Below are positions 51,463-63,609 of a DNA stretch of 64,000 bases, one piece after another. Origin of the DNA: Octopus vulgaris (taxonomy: Eukaryota); assembly GCA_951406725.2 (NCBI GenBank), contig OX597820.1:61070001-61134000 (forward strand). Reading direction: 5' to 3'. Position 1 is the first letter of the stretch, and the number at the start of each line of letters is the position of its first letter. The translations under genes were made by a program, and so were the position numbers. Under the pieces are notes generated by a model, which saw nothing but the letters and a program-made list of their open reading frames with translations, was not told the origin of the DNA and did not search any database.

Positions 51463-52797
51463 CAAGGTGGGGCATAACGACCTCCCGCGTTTGGAAGAGA
51501 CATCGTGTGTGGAATTAAGTAGAAGTAGAGAAGCAGGATAGGTTTCATTTGGAAGGCTAAGATCTACCATTTTTATATTCATCATCCATTGGTTAAAAAA
51601 TTTATTTCTTTTTAGAGCCTATCATGAATTGGACCAGTGAACATTGTGGCTTTGTTGTTCAAGTGTATTACAAAAATGGCCAATCTGTAATAGCGATGCA
51701 GTGAGTGTCCTGTAGACACTTTGCACTCGGTTGAAATGCATCTGTACCAGAGCAGTAAGCGATTTTGCTTAGGATTTCTAACCTTCGTGCAACTGGATCC
51801 ACATTGAAAAGAAAATTTCGTGGCAGACCTAGGATTGTTAGAACTCCAGAAAATGTGGCATCAGTGACAGCATCTGTTCAGGAATCCCTAAAGCATTCTG
51901 CTCATAAACATAGCATAGCATTAGAAATATCTAACTGAAGTTTGAGGAGGATTCTGCATGCTGCTTTGAAACTGCATCCGTATAAAATGATGTTAGTTCA
52001 AGAATTAATGGTGACAGATCATAACAATCGTAAAGCCCTATGTGCAGATACTCTTGCAGAAGTTCCCACGGCAGCTGTTCTGAGTACCGATGAGGTTCAC
52101 TTCCAAATCAATGGAAACATAAACAAGCAGAATTTTCGGTACTGAACTGAACACAATCCTCATGAACTCCACAAAAGACTGCTTCATTTTCCTCGTGTAA
52201 CTGTTTGGTGTGAAGTCACTGATTTTAGAGTTATCAGCCCATACTTTTTTAAAGAAGGTGTTGAAACAGTAACGGTTACCTCTGGCCGGTACAGTGAAAT
52301 GTTGGAGAACTTTTTGCATCCTAAACTGGACAGGTTGGATACCGAACATCTATGGTTTCAACAGGATGTATCCATGGCTCACACAGTACAACGTTCACTT
52401 GGAGTGTTGAGAGAAATGTTTCCTGGCCATTTGATTTCTTTGAGGGGAGACGTGAGGTGGCCGGCAAGGTCACCGGATTTTAGCACTTGTAAAGTTTTTC
52501 TTGGGGGATACCTAAAGGAAAAAGTTTTCCGATATTATCCTCGAACTCTTGAGGATTTGAAAGAAAGGATTCATGAGGAAATCAAAGCAATACCACCTGG
52601 GATGAAACAGTGGGTCATGGAGAACTTTTGGGAACGACTGCATCAATATATTGTCAACAACGGTCGCCATTTGCTTAATATAGTTTTTAAAACCCAGTAA
52701 GATAAAAGTTTCAGAAACATAATAAATTTTTTCCTGGATACTTGTGTTCTCTCTTTATCTTCATTCACAATGTGGGAGATCTTTATGACCCGCCCTG
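51463..52797 (+). mobile_element. DD41D-type (Visitor/rosa) Tc1/mariner transposon, inactivated
   Basis: Imperfect TIRs CAAGGTGGGGCATAA / CAGGGCGGGTCATAA with TA TSDs; STDEVHF..NKQNFRY, WFQQD, WPARSPD, GYLKEKV; 41 residues between the second D and the expected third D position (mutated to K). Confidence 0.85.
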
Positions 52798-52969
52798 TAT
52801 ATAGTTTGTTGGCCATCAGCTGGAGATCACAACAGTTGCAGCATCTGGCAAAATCGTTCTGATCACTAGTTGACACTTTCTTTCCCTCCAGCAGTGACAA
52901 GTAATATTATGCTACAGGGAATGATTAGATTATTTTGATGAACACAGTAGCATACTTTTTCATTTTTTA

Positions 52970-53870
52970 CCTGTGAAGCCTCCACACCAAATCCGCTGCA
53001 GTTGTCCTCTTTGTCTTATGACTGTATCTCATCCAATGCTTCAGCTTGTATTTCTCTAAATTTCTGACTGTTTAATGAATCTTTAAGCTTCTATGTATTT
53101 CTTTTCCAAACTTGTTTGCATCTCTGAGTCCTCCTAGCTTTAAGTTTGAGTTGTACATTCCTGAACAGAGGACTTCATATACACAAGCTTCTGCCTATAC
53201 CTGTTTCTGTATGACTTGTGTGTCCACCAGATTCATAGGTGATTAGGTAGCTGGAAGAATAGTTTCCTATTAGCATGGCAGATCAGCAAGCCATTTGCAA
53301 CACAGAAATCCAGCAGTCCTGTTTCTACAACTAAAACCATAAAATCAATGCACACTATAAAATCTACCGTCATCACCAACCATGACACCAAAGTCATTGT
53401 CTTTCATCAGCGGCATAATCTGCAATGAGGACTCATAGAAACGATCCTTTTGTCCATCTACCAATCCAGCATGTGGAGCATATGCAGATGTCACTGTGAC
53501 ATCATCTAAGACTAGTCTTAGTTTAACAATCCAATCACATATCCTGACAACTTCGATCACCTAATCAATCTATTACTCTATCAAAATCATAGCTATACTG
53601 CTCACACCATACTATTCTCCACCCAGAAGAATTTCTATCTACGTTTCTTTCCCATGCGCAGTCTGAGGCTCCCCTCCATTGTACCTCTTGTATATAGCAC
53701 ACATCTACATTCCTCCATTCTAACATTCCCACAATTTCATCAGACCTACGTTTCATTGTGCCAATATTAAGCGTGGTGGTTCTAAGTTTGTGAGTTGGGA
53801 AGAGTGATAGGATACTTGGGAGATTGTTTCCAGCATCTGTAGGTACTTGTTTGAAGGTTAAGCATCCTTG
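52970..53870 (-). mobile_element. RTE-clade LINE fragment (AP endonuclease)
   Basis: LRTTTLNIGTM..EIVGMLEWRNVDVCYIQEVQWRG; SAYAPHAG..KDRFY..VMVGD. Confidence 0.8.
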
Positions 53871-54064
53871 CACTTGTCTAGTAATAGTGAAAGCATTATG
53901 AACGCCTTAATTGCATGTGTATGTATGTGTGTGCGTGAGACCATAAAAACACATTTTACTGGATTACATGTTGCTAGTAGCACGGGTTTGTGACCAGACA
54001 CATATTCAATGCATATATATGAGTAGTAATATACACACGTACACAAGTTACGGTTAGCAAAGAC

Positions 54065-54367
54065 GTCGCCCTTTTCAAGACTAGTCAGGCTCGTGGGCCC
54101 GGTTTTCCAATTTCTGTGGCGTATGTGTTCACCCCAGCTGGACCGGACGCCAGTCCATCGCAGCGTTACTCAAGAAACAGGAAGAGAGACTGAGAGAAAG
54201 TTGTGGCGAAAGAGTACAACAGGGGTCGCTACCACCCACTGCGAAGCCTCGTGGAGCTTTTAGGTGTTTTCGCCCAATAAACACACACAACGCCCAGTCT
54301 GGGAATCGAAACCGCGATCCTCCGACCGCGAGTCCGCTGCCCTAACCACTGGGCCATTGCGCCTCCA
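54065..54367 (-). mobile_element. SINE family C (tRNA head plus V-domain-like box)
   Basis: GGAGGCGCAATGGCCCAGTGGTTAGGGCAG..GGTTTCGATTCCC; CTGCGATGGACTGGCGTCC box. Confidence 0.85.
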
Positions 54368-54369
54368 CA

Positions 54370-54668
54370 AATGATGAAAGGTAAAGTCGACCTCGGCGGA
54401 ATTTGTACTCAGAACGTAGCGGCAGACGAAATACCTATTTATTTACTGCCCACAAGGGGCTAAACACAGAGGGGACAAACAAGGACAGATAAACGGATTA
54501 AGTCGATAACATCGACCCCACAACGTAACTGATACTTAATTTATCGACCCCGAAAGGATGAAAGGCAAAGTCGACCTCGTCGGAATTTGAACTCAGAATG
54601 TAGCGACAGACGAAATACCGCTAAGCATTTCGCCCGGCCTGCTAACGTTTCTGCCAGCTCAGCGCCTT
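54370..54668 (-). mobile_element. SINE family B dimer
   Basis: Same consensus. Confidence 0.85.
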
Positions 54669-54949
54669 TCGGTTAGCAAAGAGATGTGAATTAATTTGGA
54701 TGTCGAAAAAAGTTGGTTCACAAGACAAACAAAGTCGCATGCCCACACGTGTGTAACGAACTTGGTGAGTGTGAATATCTTCTCTTGTACTTTCGGGGTA
54801 CAAGAAAGCAATCACTAGCCGTTGCTTTAATAATCCAGAATTCTACCAGTCAGAAACAACAAGACGCAGACGTAAAATATATATATACTACTTTATTCTC
54901 TTTCTTGGTAACAGTAACAATAAGTGTGTTATCTGATGTCCTTGGTTCG

Positions 54950-55370
54950 GGGCGCGCAAGGCTGAAAGTTAATCGATTGTAATATTTACAATATTCAGCC
55001 GCTAAAACCAGAACGGGTTCAAGATGGCGTCGAACAGGGAAGTTGAATGTGGTCGGCAACAATTTGGTTAAAGGCATTCGGCCGACTGCTGCTAGAATCA
55101 AGTCCTGACGGAGAGAGAATATACGTGACCGTTGCCTTCGATAGCCATGTCTCAAAGTTCCCGCTGACTGCTGCTAGTGGTCAAACGTTCTACGACCCCC
55201 CTGCCTTGGCTAACTACCACGATAGGCAAAAGGGTCGTGCTTCCGGTGGTTCGCGCATGCGCGAGAGGGCCCTTCCTCTCTCTGCCTTGGTAAAGGCACC
55301 AACACGCGCGAAATACAAATGGACGGTGCGCGCGCGCGCGCACCGTTATAGGGTCACTACACGTGCTTTA
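54950..55370. promoter_or_regulatory. CpG-rich promoter-like island inside a formin intron
   Basis: Sharp local rise in GC/CpG; AAGATGGCG (YY1-like) 55021-29; CTTCCGG (ETS-like) 55240-46; TCGCGCATGCGCGA (NRF1-like palindrome) 55251-64; 24-bp GC palindrome 55323-46. Confidence 0.6.
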
Positions 55371-57107
55371 AGAGAAACAACTATGAAACAATAACATTTT
55401 CAGTCATACAAAAAGAAAATCGACAAGTCAAATACGAAGAAATAGGGAAGATAAATGGAAGGTAAAAAAAAAACGAAAATATCTTGTCTTCGATTGAAAT
55501 TTTTTTCTTCTTAATGTCTGGCTTGAGTGTAGAACGTAAACATGGTGACTTATACATCTTACTTCTAGAAAAATTCGATTGGAGAATAGTGAAAGTCAAT
55601 ATGAAAATTATTAAATTAATAATTCTGAAAGAAATAAAGGAAAAGGAGAAAAAATATGGAAGGAAAAGAAAACTTAAAACACACACACACGCACACACAT
55701 ATCTTCATATATGTAAATATATCTTCAGATATGTAAAGAAATATATAAAATACACACACATACTTATATATGAATATGTATATTCCTTGTTTTACATTCA
55801 TTTTATTTTTTTTTTTATGCTAGCGTAAGTTGAACTGTTAATCATTTGAGGTGTTTTTTACAGTCGGATGCACTTCCTGTCACCAATCTTTCCTGTATTA
55901 CACGTGCGCACATACACACACAGACCTTATGTAATTTTGATTAAACTAACCAAGTTCAGTAAATACAAATATACTGTACATGCAGAATGTATATTTTTTA
56001 ATTCGAAAGGTTATTAGAAGTTCGGTATGTAAAAATCTTGCTTTGACCAGAAATATAGCTTTTAACTCGGCTTATACATTCTAATATATTTCAGTCGTGT
56101 GAGAAAACGGTGAGATGAAACTCAAAGTAAAACGTTTTGAATAAAAGGATATACACTCTGCATATACAATGTATTGTGTCCTTTATTGAACTGGGTGGTT
56201 TCATTAAGAACTACATCATGTGTGCGCACACTTGGTGTTTAACCGTTTCCTTTTCTTTTTTATTTTCAGCCGTCTCTTCTCAGTTTCCTTTATTTTTCTT
56301 TGAATTATTAATTTATTGATTTACATGATGTCTAACTTTTCTTTTCTTCACTCGAATTTTTCTGATATTTTCTTTCTTATTTTCTCCCGCCAACCCCATT
56401 TTTCTCTCTCCATATTTCCTTATTTTATAACAAATTGTCGATTTTTTCTTTTTAATTTGGCCGAAAATGTAACTGTTTCAATTTTATTTAGCGACTCCAA
56501 AAAGATGAAAGGTAAATTTCACCTAAGTGAAATGTGAACTTTGAGCACAATAAGTTGAGATGATTACCACAAAGCAATCTATCCAGCGCTCTAACGAGTA
56601 TGCTAATTGGCCATCTCGACACACACCGACACACTAAAGTGAGGTTCATCTTCAACCTGTGAAAGTGAATGTTGGTAGTTGTTCCTTCTCAAGTACAATT
56701 GAAGCCAACTAATGAATAATAACTCGAATAAAGTAAAACTTCAACTTCAAATGACTAAAATAACTCGGATGAAATGGATCGTACTTTACTTTAACTTTCT
56801 ACCATATAAACTGTACTTTATTCGAAAGGACTTTAACCCCACATCTCAGGGCCAAATATTCTACTTGTTCTATACTCAAGCAGGCCAGATCTGGCCTCTT
56901 GCACCTGCGTTACAATATCATTCTAAAAAAATAAACAATTACATTTTTGAAATCTCGAAGCTACACGATAATTCATAACTGATTCAGAACAATGTGAATA
57001 AAGAAGTATAACATTTGACAGAATAATCTGAATGCTAAATGGTTAAACCATTCATGGAATACGAAATATTTCTGAAGTAATTTAAAGCTTCTATGCTGTG
57101 AACTGCG

Positions 57108-57200
57108 ATGTGATGTGACGTACCGTGACGTGGCGTGATGTGATGTGACATATGATATGATATGATATGTGATATGATATGATATATTATATTATATTAT
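57108..57200. repeat. Pentanucleotide tract drifting from (GATGT)n to (GATAT)n to (TATAT)n
   Basis: Directly visible. Confidence 0.85.
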
Positions 57201-57201
57201 A

Positions 57202-57730
57202 CAGTAACAACTCGCCATATCGCGATTCACTTATCGCACTCTCAGTACATTGCAGATTTTTCTGGCTAATATATGTAAATTTACATCGCAGACTCCTCGT
57301 ATATCGCGTGTTTCTATGGCCGATAGGTATTTATATTTTAGATTTTAATTATTTCTACGGTAAGATTTTCACTACTAAAATTCATTAAAAAAAATACAGT
57401 AAAGTGCTGCACTGTATAACACATTAAATAAAATATATGAAAAGAAAATAAGTAGTGTACCACAAATGAGTAAACAAAGAATCGCACATACTGTATGGAA
57501 AACGAAACTCGGGAGGCGAGCGTGTGATGTTGTTTTGCATTTGTGTGTAAAATTGTGAATTTACGAGCCCTACGATGTCGTCCAAACGTTCAGCACCTTC
57601 TAAGGTTTCTGGCAGTGAACCCACGCGCCAGAAGAAGATGCTTACAATAACAGAGAAGGTGAGACTCCTCGGCATAAGGAAGAGAGAAGGCATGCGGATG
57701 CCGTTACAGCATCAATGAATCTACAATGAA
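57202..57730 (+). mobile_element. Tigger/pogo-like transposon 5' fragment
   Basis: TA+CAGTAACAACTCGCCATATCGCG TIR-like start; ATG at 57575 gives MSSKRSAPSKVSGSEPTRQKKMLTITEKVRLL, resembling the TIGD/CENP-B N-terminal HTH, then breaks. Confidence 0.75.
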
Positions 57731-58740
57731 ATGTTGTCTAAGTGAGAAGAATCATATCCTATGCAAGATATATCTCATTTACTTGCCACTGAAAATTAAG
57801 CACCATCGCAAAATAGTCTCTAGAACTTTAAGGATATAGATTTAGAAAGTATAAGTGAAGTAATGAAAATACAACACTACATAGATGTTACCATCATCGT
57901 TGTCGTCTTACCGTTCACTTTTCTATGCCTTGCATTTGCAGAATATTGGAAATGAATGACATTCGTTTACAACAATCACGCAAGGTTTTGATTGGCCCAA
58001 AACTATACTAGAAGACAGTTGACCTTGCCCAAGGTACCCTGTTGTGGAACCGAATCCCAAACCATGTGGTTGGGAATCAGATTTCTTAGCCATACAGCCA
58101 CACCTGCGCCTTTAGCGACACGTGCGCCTATATTTTTTGAGAAATAGTATTTTGGATAGTACAGACTATATCTCTTATTAATCCACTATAATGTGCTATA
58201 GCACTCATTAAGATATTTGTAAAACAGTTTGTAGTTCATCAATTTACATTCTAAGCCCTTCGCGGAGTAATATGATTGTTGTTGTTAACTATTGCACGAC
58301 ATGACAAACGGAAAAATATTAATCATTCCAATTGTCAGATTGCAATGTAATTATAAAACTGTCAATACAGCAAATTAATTTTCATTAGACAACAATAAAT
58401 CATAGGACATAAAAACTATATGTTGTCTATATAATCTTTTGTTTTGTTTTTCGTTGTGCTTGTGTTTCATTTTGCGTTTTTGTTTGTTTGGGTTTTATTT
58501 TTTCAATGATTCCATTAAAACAATGTAAGTGAACAAAGAAACCAATATCGAACTGAATGGCACCAAGCCAATATGTAGATTTGCCTCAAGACTTACCACG
58601 TCTCGCAACTCATTTATATACTAAGTCACAATAATTAAAATGAAAGTGCTCAATAGTCCATTTCGCCAAATAATCGAAACGTTAAAAAATTTGATAATGA
58701 TTAATTATTCAAAGTGAAATAAATACAAGACTTTTTTTAC

Positions 58741-58856
58741 CTTATATTTTTCTAAAGCATCAAGAGTGAGGAAATAACCTTCACGTGAGTACAAGCACAA
58801 TGCTGACATCAGCTCAAAGATTTGCATCTTCACAATAGGGTTTCTGTTTTCCAATA
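58741..58856 (-). CDS. INF2: INF2-like formin, DID/GBD exon (first coding exon seen in window)
   Basis: tttttcAG|..|GTaaaa; [38 protein letters not shown] resembles INF2 [38 protein letters not shown]; phase 1 to 0. Confidence 0.88.
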
Positions 58857-59149
58857 CTGAAAAACAAATTTAAAAATATTCTTCATTTTTGTTATCCATT
58901 TATTAATTCGTTTATTTTTATATATTTATTTTTTCAAACTAAGGTAAGTAATAGATATAATACAACATGACACAAAATTATAGGATTAAATAAAACAAAA
59001 ATAACAAATTGCTAAAAAGAGCTTATACTCACACGTACACGCACGCATACATACATAGACTAAAAAAAGAAATAAACAAACAAACAGATTCGATGTCTAC
59101 CTAAAACCGAATTCTTGACACAGCATGCTAACAAGCCGAGACGGTATAT

Positions 59150-60290
59150 TGTCGACTGCAGTATTGTGTATAGGTAAACTTGAACTTCAGTCTAATAATA
59201 ACCATATTGCTCCACATCAGTTTGTCGGCGATCTATACACGATAGAGTGAACGTATGCTTAGTGCATCGGGTGATTTGTTACAAGGTAAACAATGAAGGA
59301 TTTGGAAGAACAACGTGCTTGTTTGAAACTATTTCATATTGGAAAAACGTTTTATGGAGAATTTTCTGATATTGCGATTGGCCTATGTGGAGGATTATTT
59401 TTGCCTCGTACAGTGTTACAAGTAGTATCAGCATTTCAAATAGAGAAGAACATACTCCGAAGACAATCCTGGATTCGGATGACCCTTTTAAGCTGAGGGC
59501 AACGACCCAAAGGGATTCGAAAAAAATTGGTGCTTGACTGTCCTTGAAATTTCCTAAAAGATACGCATTTGTAAATGTTCGTACCATTTGATTTTACAAA
59601 GAAAAATTGATGAGGCTTCGTGTTGCTTTAAAATTTTTGCTTTATCTGCAGATAAAGGAGCTATAATGGCAAACAAGACACAGTCAGTCAGCTGTTTGGT
59701 CATTTGAATGCTATGGAAAGGTTTCTGGAAGATAACATAGCAGGTGACGAAACATGGGCATATGGTTACGATGATGAAACACACACAAAAAAATGCATTC
59801 ATCACACTAAATTTGATCATCAGTACTATGACTAAAAACATTTTTTTAAAAAGCACGCTAGAGTCAGTCAAATACAAAAATAATATTGATTATTTTTGAT
59901 TGATCGGGTGGAAGGGAGATGTTGATCTCATGACATTATTCCACGTGATCAGACGATCAATAAACATTATAATACTTGGATGTGCTGGATCTTCTGAAAG
60001 AAGGGGTCTAAGGCGTATGTGAACCAAATTTGATACTACACCACGACAACGCTTCTACTCACTCTCTATCTGTTGTTTTCTGGCAAACTATGAAAAGATT
60101 CTCGTCTAGATTTTAACCTAAGAAGACAAATTTTTGTTCCCAAATTTGAAAAGCATTCTGGAATATCACGGAGTTCAGAAATAGAAGAAAATACAGAATA
60201 GGAAATTGTGCATTAACTTTGAAGATGCTATCCAGAAAAAGATCCAAACTGATGGAGAGGATTAAGAACCTTCTATCAACAGTTATGACA
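59150..60290 (+). mobile_element. Decayed mariner transposase remnant
   Basis: MKDLEEQRACLKLF..GKT, IAGDETWAYGYD and LHHDNA motifs in broken frames. Confidence 0.75.
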
Positions 60291-61269
60291 TCAGTATCTG
60301 TGTAGTTAATGCATGCGTATGCGTGTGGGGGGTGGTGCTTAGTTTGTGTGTGAATGCAAGTTTGTTTGTTAAGTAATGCTAGGATTTAGTACTCTGATTT
60401 TGAACTGTTGTCTATTTTGCCTCTAGTGCAGACATATTGATGATGGTGGGATTGTTGTTAGTCCGTCCTTGTTTACTATTAAGCTCATTCTCAGCCTCTA
60501 ATATTATATTACTTTTTTCTATTTGTCACAAGACGGGGTTATATTGGTGCGTTGGTAAAAAGTTTTATTTCAGTGCTGTTTACCAAGCTATCATTCCTCA
60601 ATTGCATATTGGTACAATAACGATATTGTTTTGTTTTCCTTGTAACTGCACCAGTTTCTCTCTATTTCTCTGCTCTGGTACGAGCCGTTCCTCTATAGCA
60701 ATTGTGTTAATGTTTTTTTCTTCGACTTTCAAGCATCTCATGTGATGTATTACAATTCTAGTTTTACAACAGATACGTTTCCACCAACAACATCGCCACT
60801 GCAACAGCCGTCCACCACCAATCACGGTGCACCTACCACACAGCCATAGCTAGTGTACCCACCGCATTGATGTTGCCAGGGTGTCCGTGATACTTTTAGG
60901 CAATACATTAAAAGCAGTGGCAATAGTGGGAGTGATATTAGAAGAATTTGTGGAGGAGGGAGGGTATATTGACTGTTGAGGGTAGGACGCGGGCGAGAGA
61001 GCAGTGGTGCTGGGAAGGTGCATGTTTGGACGTTTTTCTCGTTTCATGGCGTAATAGTGATGCCGGCAACGGTGGTCGCAATGGTGATTGTGGTAATCGA
61101 AAGAGAAAAACGAATATAGTGTAACTTGAATAGAATTTTCTTGAAATTTGTTATAACAATGCCTATATAATGAGCGACTAATTATGACAATTACCGTTTG
61201 ATAAATAATTTGTTATTGTAATAAATGGCTTTCTCTGTGTGTATGTTTATACATACATACAGGCATACA

Positions 61270-62508
61270 TACACACACGAGGTGTATGTAACCTTTGGAT
61301 GGGAGACGACGTCACCCTTCCTGCGCATGCGTAAAAAATGTTGCGCCGGTTGGCCGCGTCAATTCTTGATTGTTACGCCTAGAGTTCACGTATAGCGCGA
61401 GCTCTTCAGATTTTCGTTTTCACGCAAGATGACAGAACCCATCGAGCAGAGACCATAAACCAATGTCTCATCACCAATGATGATGGTCTTAATGAAATCT
61501 GGGACAGTAACTGACACAGTCCAGCATGCTCTGAACGATTTCTTTGCGCAATTGCTACTGCTGCTGTTTGTTTGTTGAGCGAAGCGGTCTTCGTCCCAAT
61601 GGGAGAAGTCCGAAACGTGGTCCTTTGCTATTCGTAAGACCCGCAGAAAAGAAAGCAGGTCAACCCCCGACACCGAGAGCATCGACGGATGGATGAATGC
61701 GCATCCAGGCTCAGCGGTTGTGTAGGAAGTCGGGGACAAGAAACAGGAAGAAAGAGTGAGAGAAAGTTGGAGCGAAAGAGTACAACAGGGGTCGCCACCA
61801 CCCCCTGCTGGAACCTCGTGGAGCTTTAGGTGCTTTCGCTCAATAAACACACAACGTCCGGTCTGGGAATCGAAACCGCGATCCTCCGACCGCGACGCTG
61901 CCCTAACCACTGGGCCATTGCGCCTCCACTTGCTGCTGATGTTCCACCAGTACCTTGGGAACGAATTTCGCCGACACTCTCCACCTGTACAAACCCTCCA
62001 TTAAAACGGAATGCACTTATCCTGTGCTTATTCCCACTTTGTGAACAACTTCCTGGATTGTGCACGACGGACTTTCATGACAATTTGCCGAACCTTCTCA
62101 ATCGTCTCCTCGTTTCGGCTCGCAGATGACCTGCCTGAGAGTGCCTCACTCTCTACTGAGGTGCAACCATATTTGAAGCGGTTGTACCACTCCTTGGTGT
62201 GAGTTTTGCCCATAGCACGATCGCCAAAGGCCTGCTGAATCTTCAACTTGAGTACCACCAATCTTTTGGCAAAACCTGGTGCAATATCTCTGCTCTTTGC
62301 ATTCGGTGAAAACGAAAATCCGACAAGAGGGCATTGCACGTCTATACTCTAAGCACAACAGCCGGGTACTCACGCGGCCCACTGGCGAGAACATTTTTAC
62401 GCATGTGCAGAAAGGGTGGCGTCACCTCACACCCAAAGGATTTTGCCCACGTGGCATTAGTTTTGGCGGGAAAAAATAAAGTCGGATATTGCTTGAACGC
62501 GCTTTGTA
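61270..62508 (-). mobile_element. Internally deleted mariner with long imperfect inverted ends and a nested SINE
   Basis: EQRYCTRFCQKIG, EWYNRFKYG..SGR, IIIGDETLVYG; 61308-61360 is inverted relative to 62371-62423. Confidence 0.75.
61530..61928 (-). mobile_element. SINE family C variant (different 3' half) inside mariner
   Basis: Same head as 54367 and 63203; diverges after CTTCCTGTTTCTTG. Confidence 0.8.
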
Positions 62509-62543
62509 TACACATGCGCACGAGCGCAAAAACGAACATCGAT

Positions 62544-62581
<38 letters not shown>

Positions 62582-62654
62582 TAATATTTCGCTTAAGCAT
62601 AGCGAAACTACTAACCTGCTGTTAGAACTCAATGTACATAAGCTTCAGAAAGAA

Positions 62655-62879
62655 TTAAATAAATGACAAGGGAACTAGAAATTATGTAACGAAGTTCTTT
62701 AGCTTACATCTGTTTCTACGATAAGATGCAATGCACTCATACTCTGAGCGCTTGCAGATCACCTTGTAGCTTTATTTTTGAAGCTCCGACGCTCGGATAA
62801 GAGTGCATCTATGGCAGAAACAGCTTTAAGCTAATGAAGCTCGTTACAAAATTTCTCGCTCACTTGTCATTTATTTAAT
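62655..62879. mobile_element. Degenerate inverted-repeat element, hammerhead 3' half retained
   Basis: ~95-bp arms; GAAACAGCTTTAAGCT (right) and GAAACAGATGTAAGCT (left, - strand), consensus GAAACAGCTGTA. Confidence 0.5.
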
Positions 62880-62880
62880 A

Positions 62881-63166
62881 CTAGCAGTATCGCCCGGCGT
62901 TGCTCAGGTTTGTAAGGGAAATAACTATAAAGCATTTTTAGAGAGTTATAGCCAAAAAGTAGCAAAAAAATGGAAAAAAAATGATGGTAAATTTTTTTTT
63001 GAGATTTAAAAAAGGTAGAGTTGCGTCCCCTAGACTGTTTGTGGTTCGTATTCCTGATTCTCGACCCCATGTCAGAATCGGTTGAAAGCCGTGGTCAGGG
63101 TGAGGGTACAAGCAAACAGACACACAGAAACACGCACAGACAAACTGCCGTTTATATAGAGAGAGA
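62881..63166 (-). mobile_element. Non-autonomous Helitron
   Basis: On - strand: 5' TC, subterminal GC hairpin (CCCGGCGTTGCTCAGG on +), 3' CTAG, inserted between A and T. Confidence 0.75.
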
Positions 63167-63201
63167 TTTTGAATATATGTTACATATCTTAATAGACACA
63201 T

Positions 63202-63465
63202 AGGAGGCGCAATGGCCCAGTGGTTAGGGCAGCAGACTCGCGGTCGGAGGATCGCGGTTTCGATTCCCAGACCGGGCGTTGTGTGTGTTTGTTGAGCAAA
63301 AGCATCTAAAGCTCCACGCGGCTCCGGCAGGGGGTGGTGACGACCCCTGTTGTAATCTTTCGCCCCAACTTTCTCTTCCTGTTTCTTGAGTCCCGTCGAC
63401 CTGGGGGGAACACATACGCCACAGAAACCGGGCCCATGAGCCTGACTAGGCTTGAAAAGGGCGCA
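63202..63465 (+). mobile_element. SINE family C
   Basis: Same head and tail as 54065-54367. Confidence 0.85.
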
Positions 63466-63609
63466 TATATAAATTTTAAAAAATACACACATACAATATA
63501 TATTTATATACACGCATTCATTGATACGTATATGCAATTATTGTATTTGCTGGCGTATAAGATGCACTCTCGCATACGACACATTTCTGTTTGCTAATCT
63601 ATCTATCTT

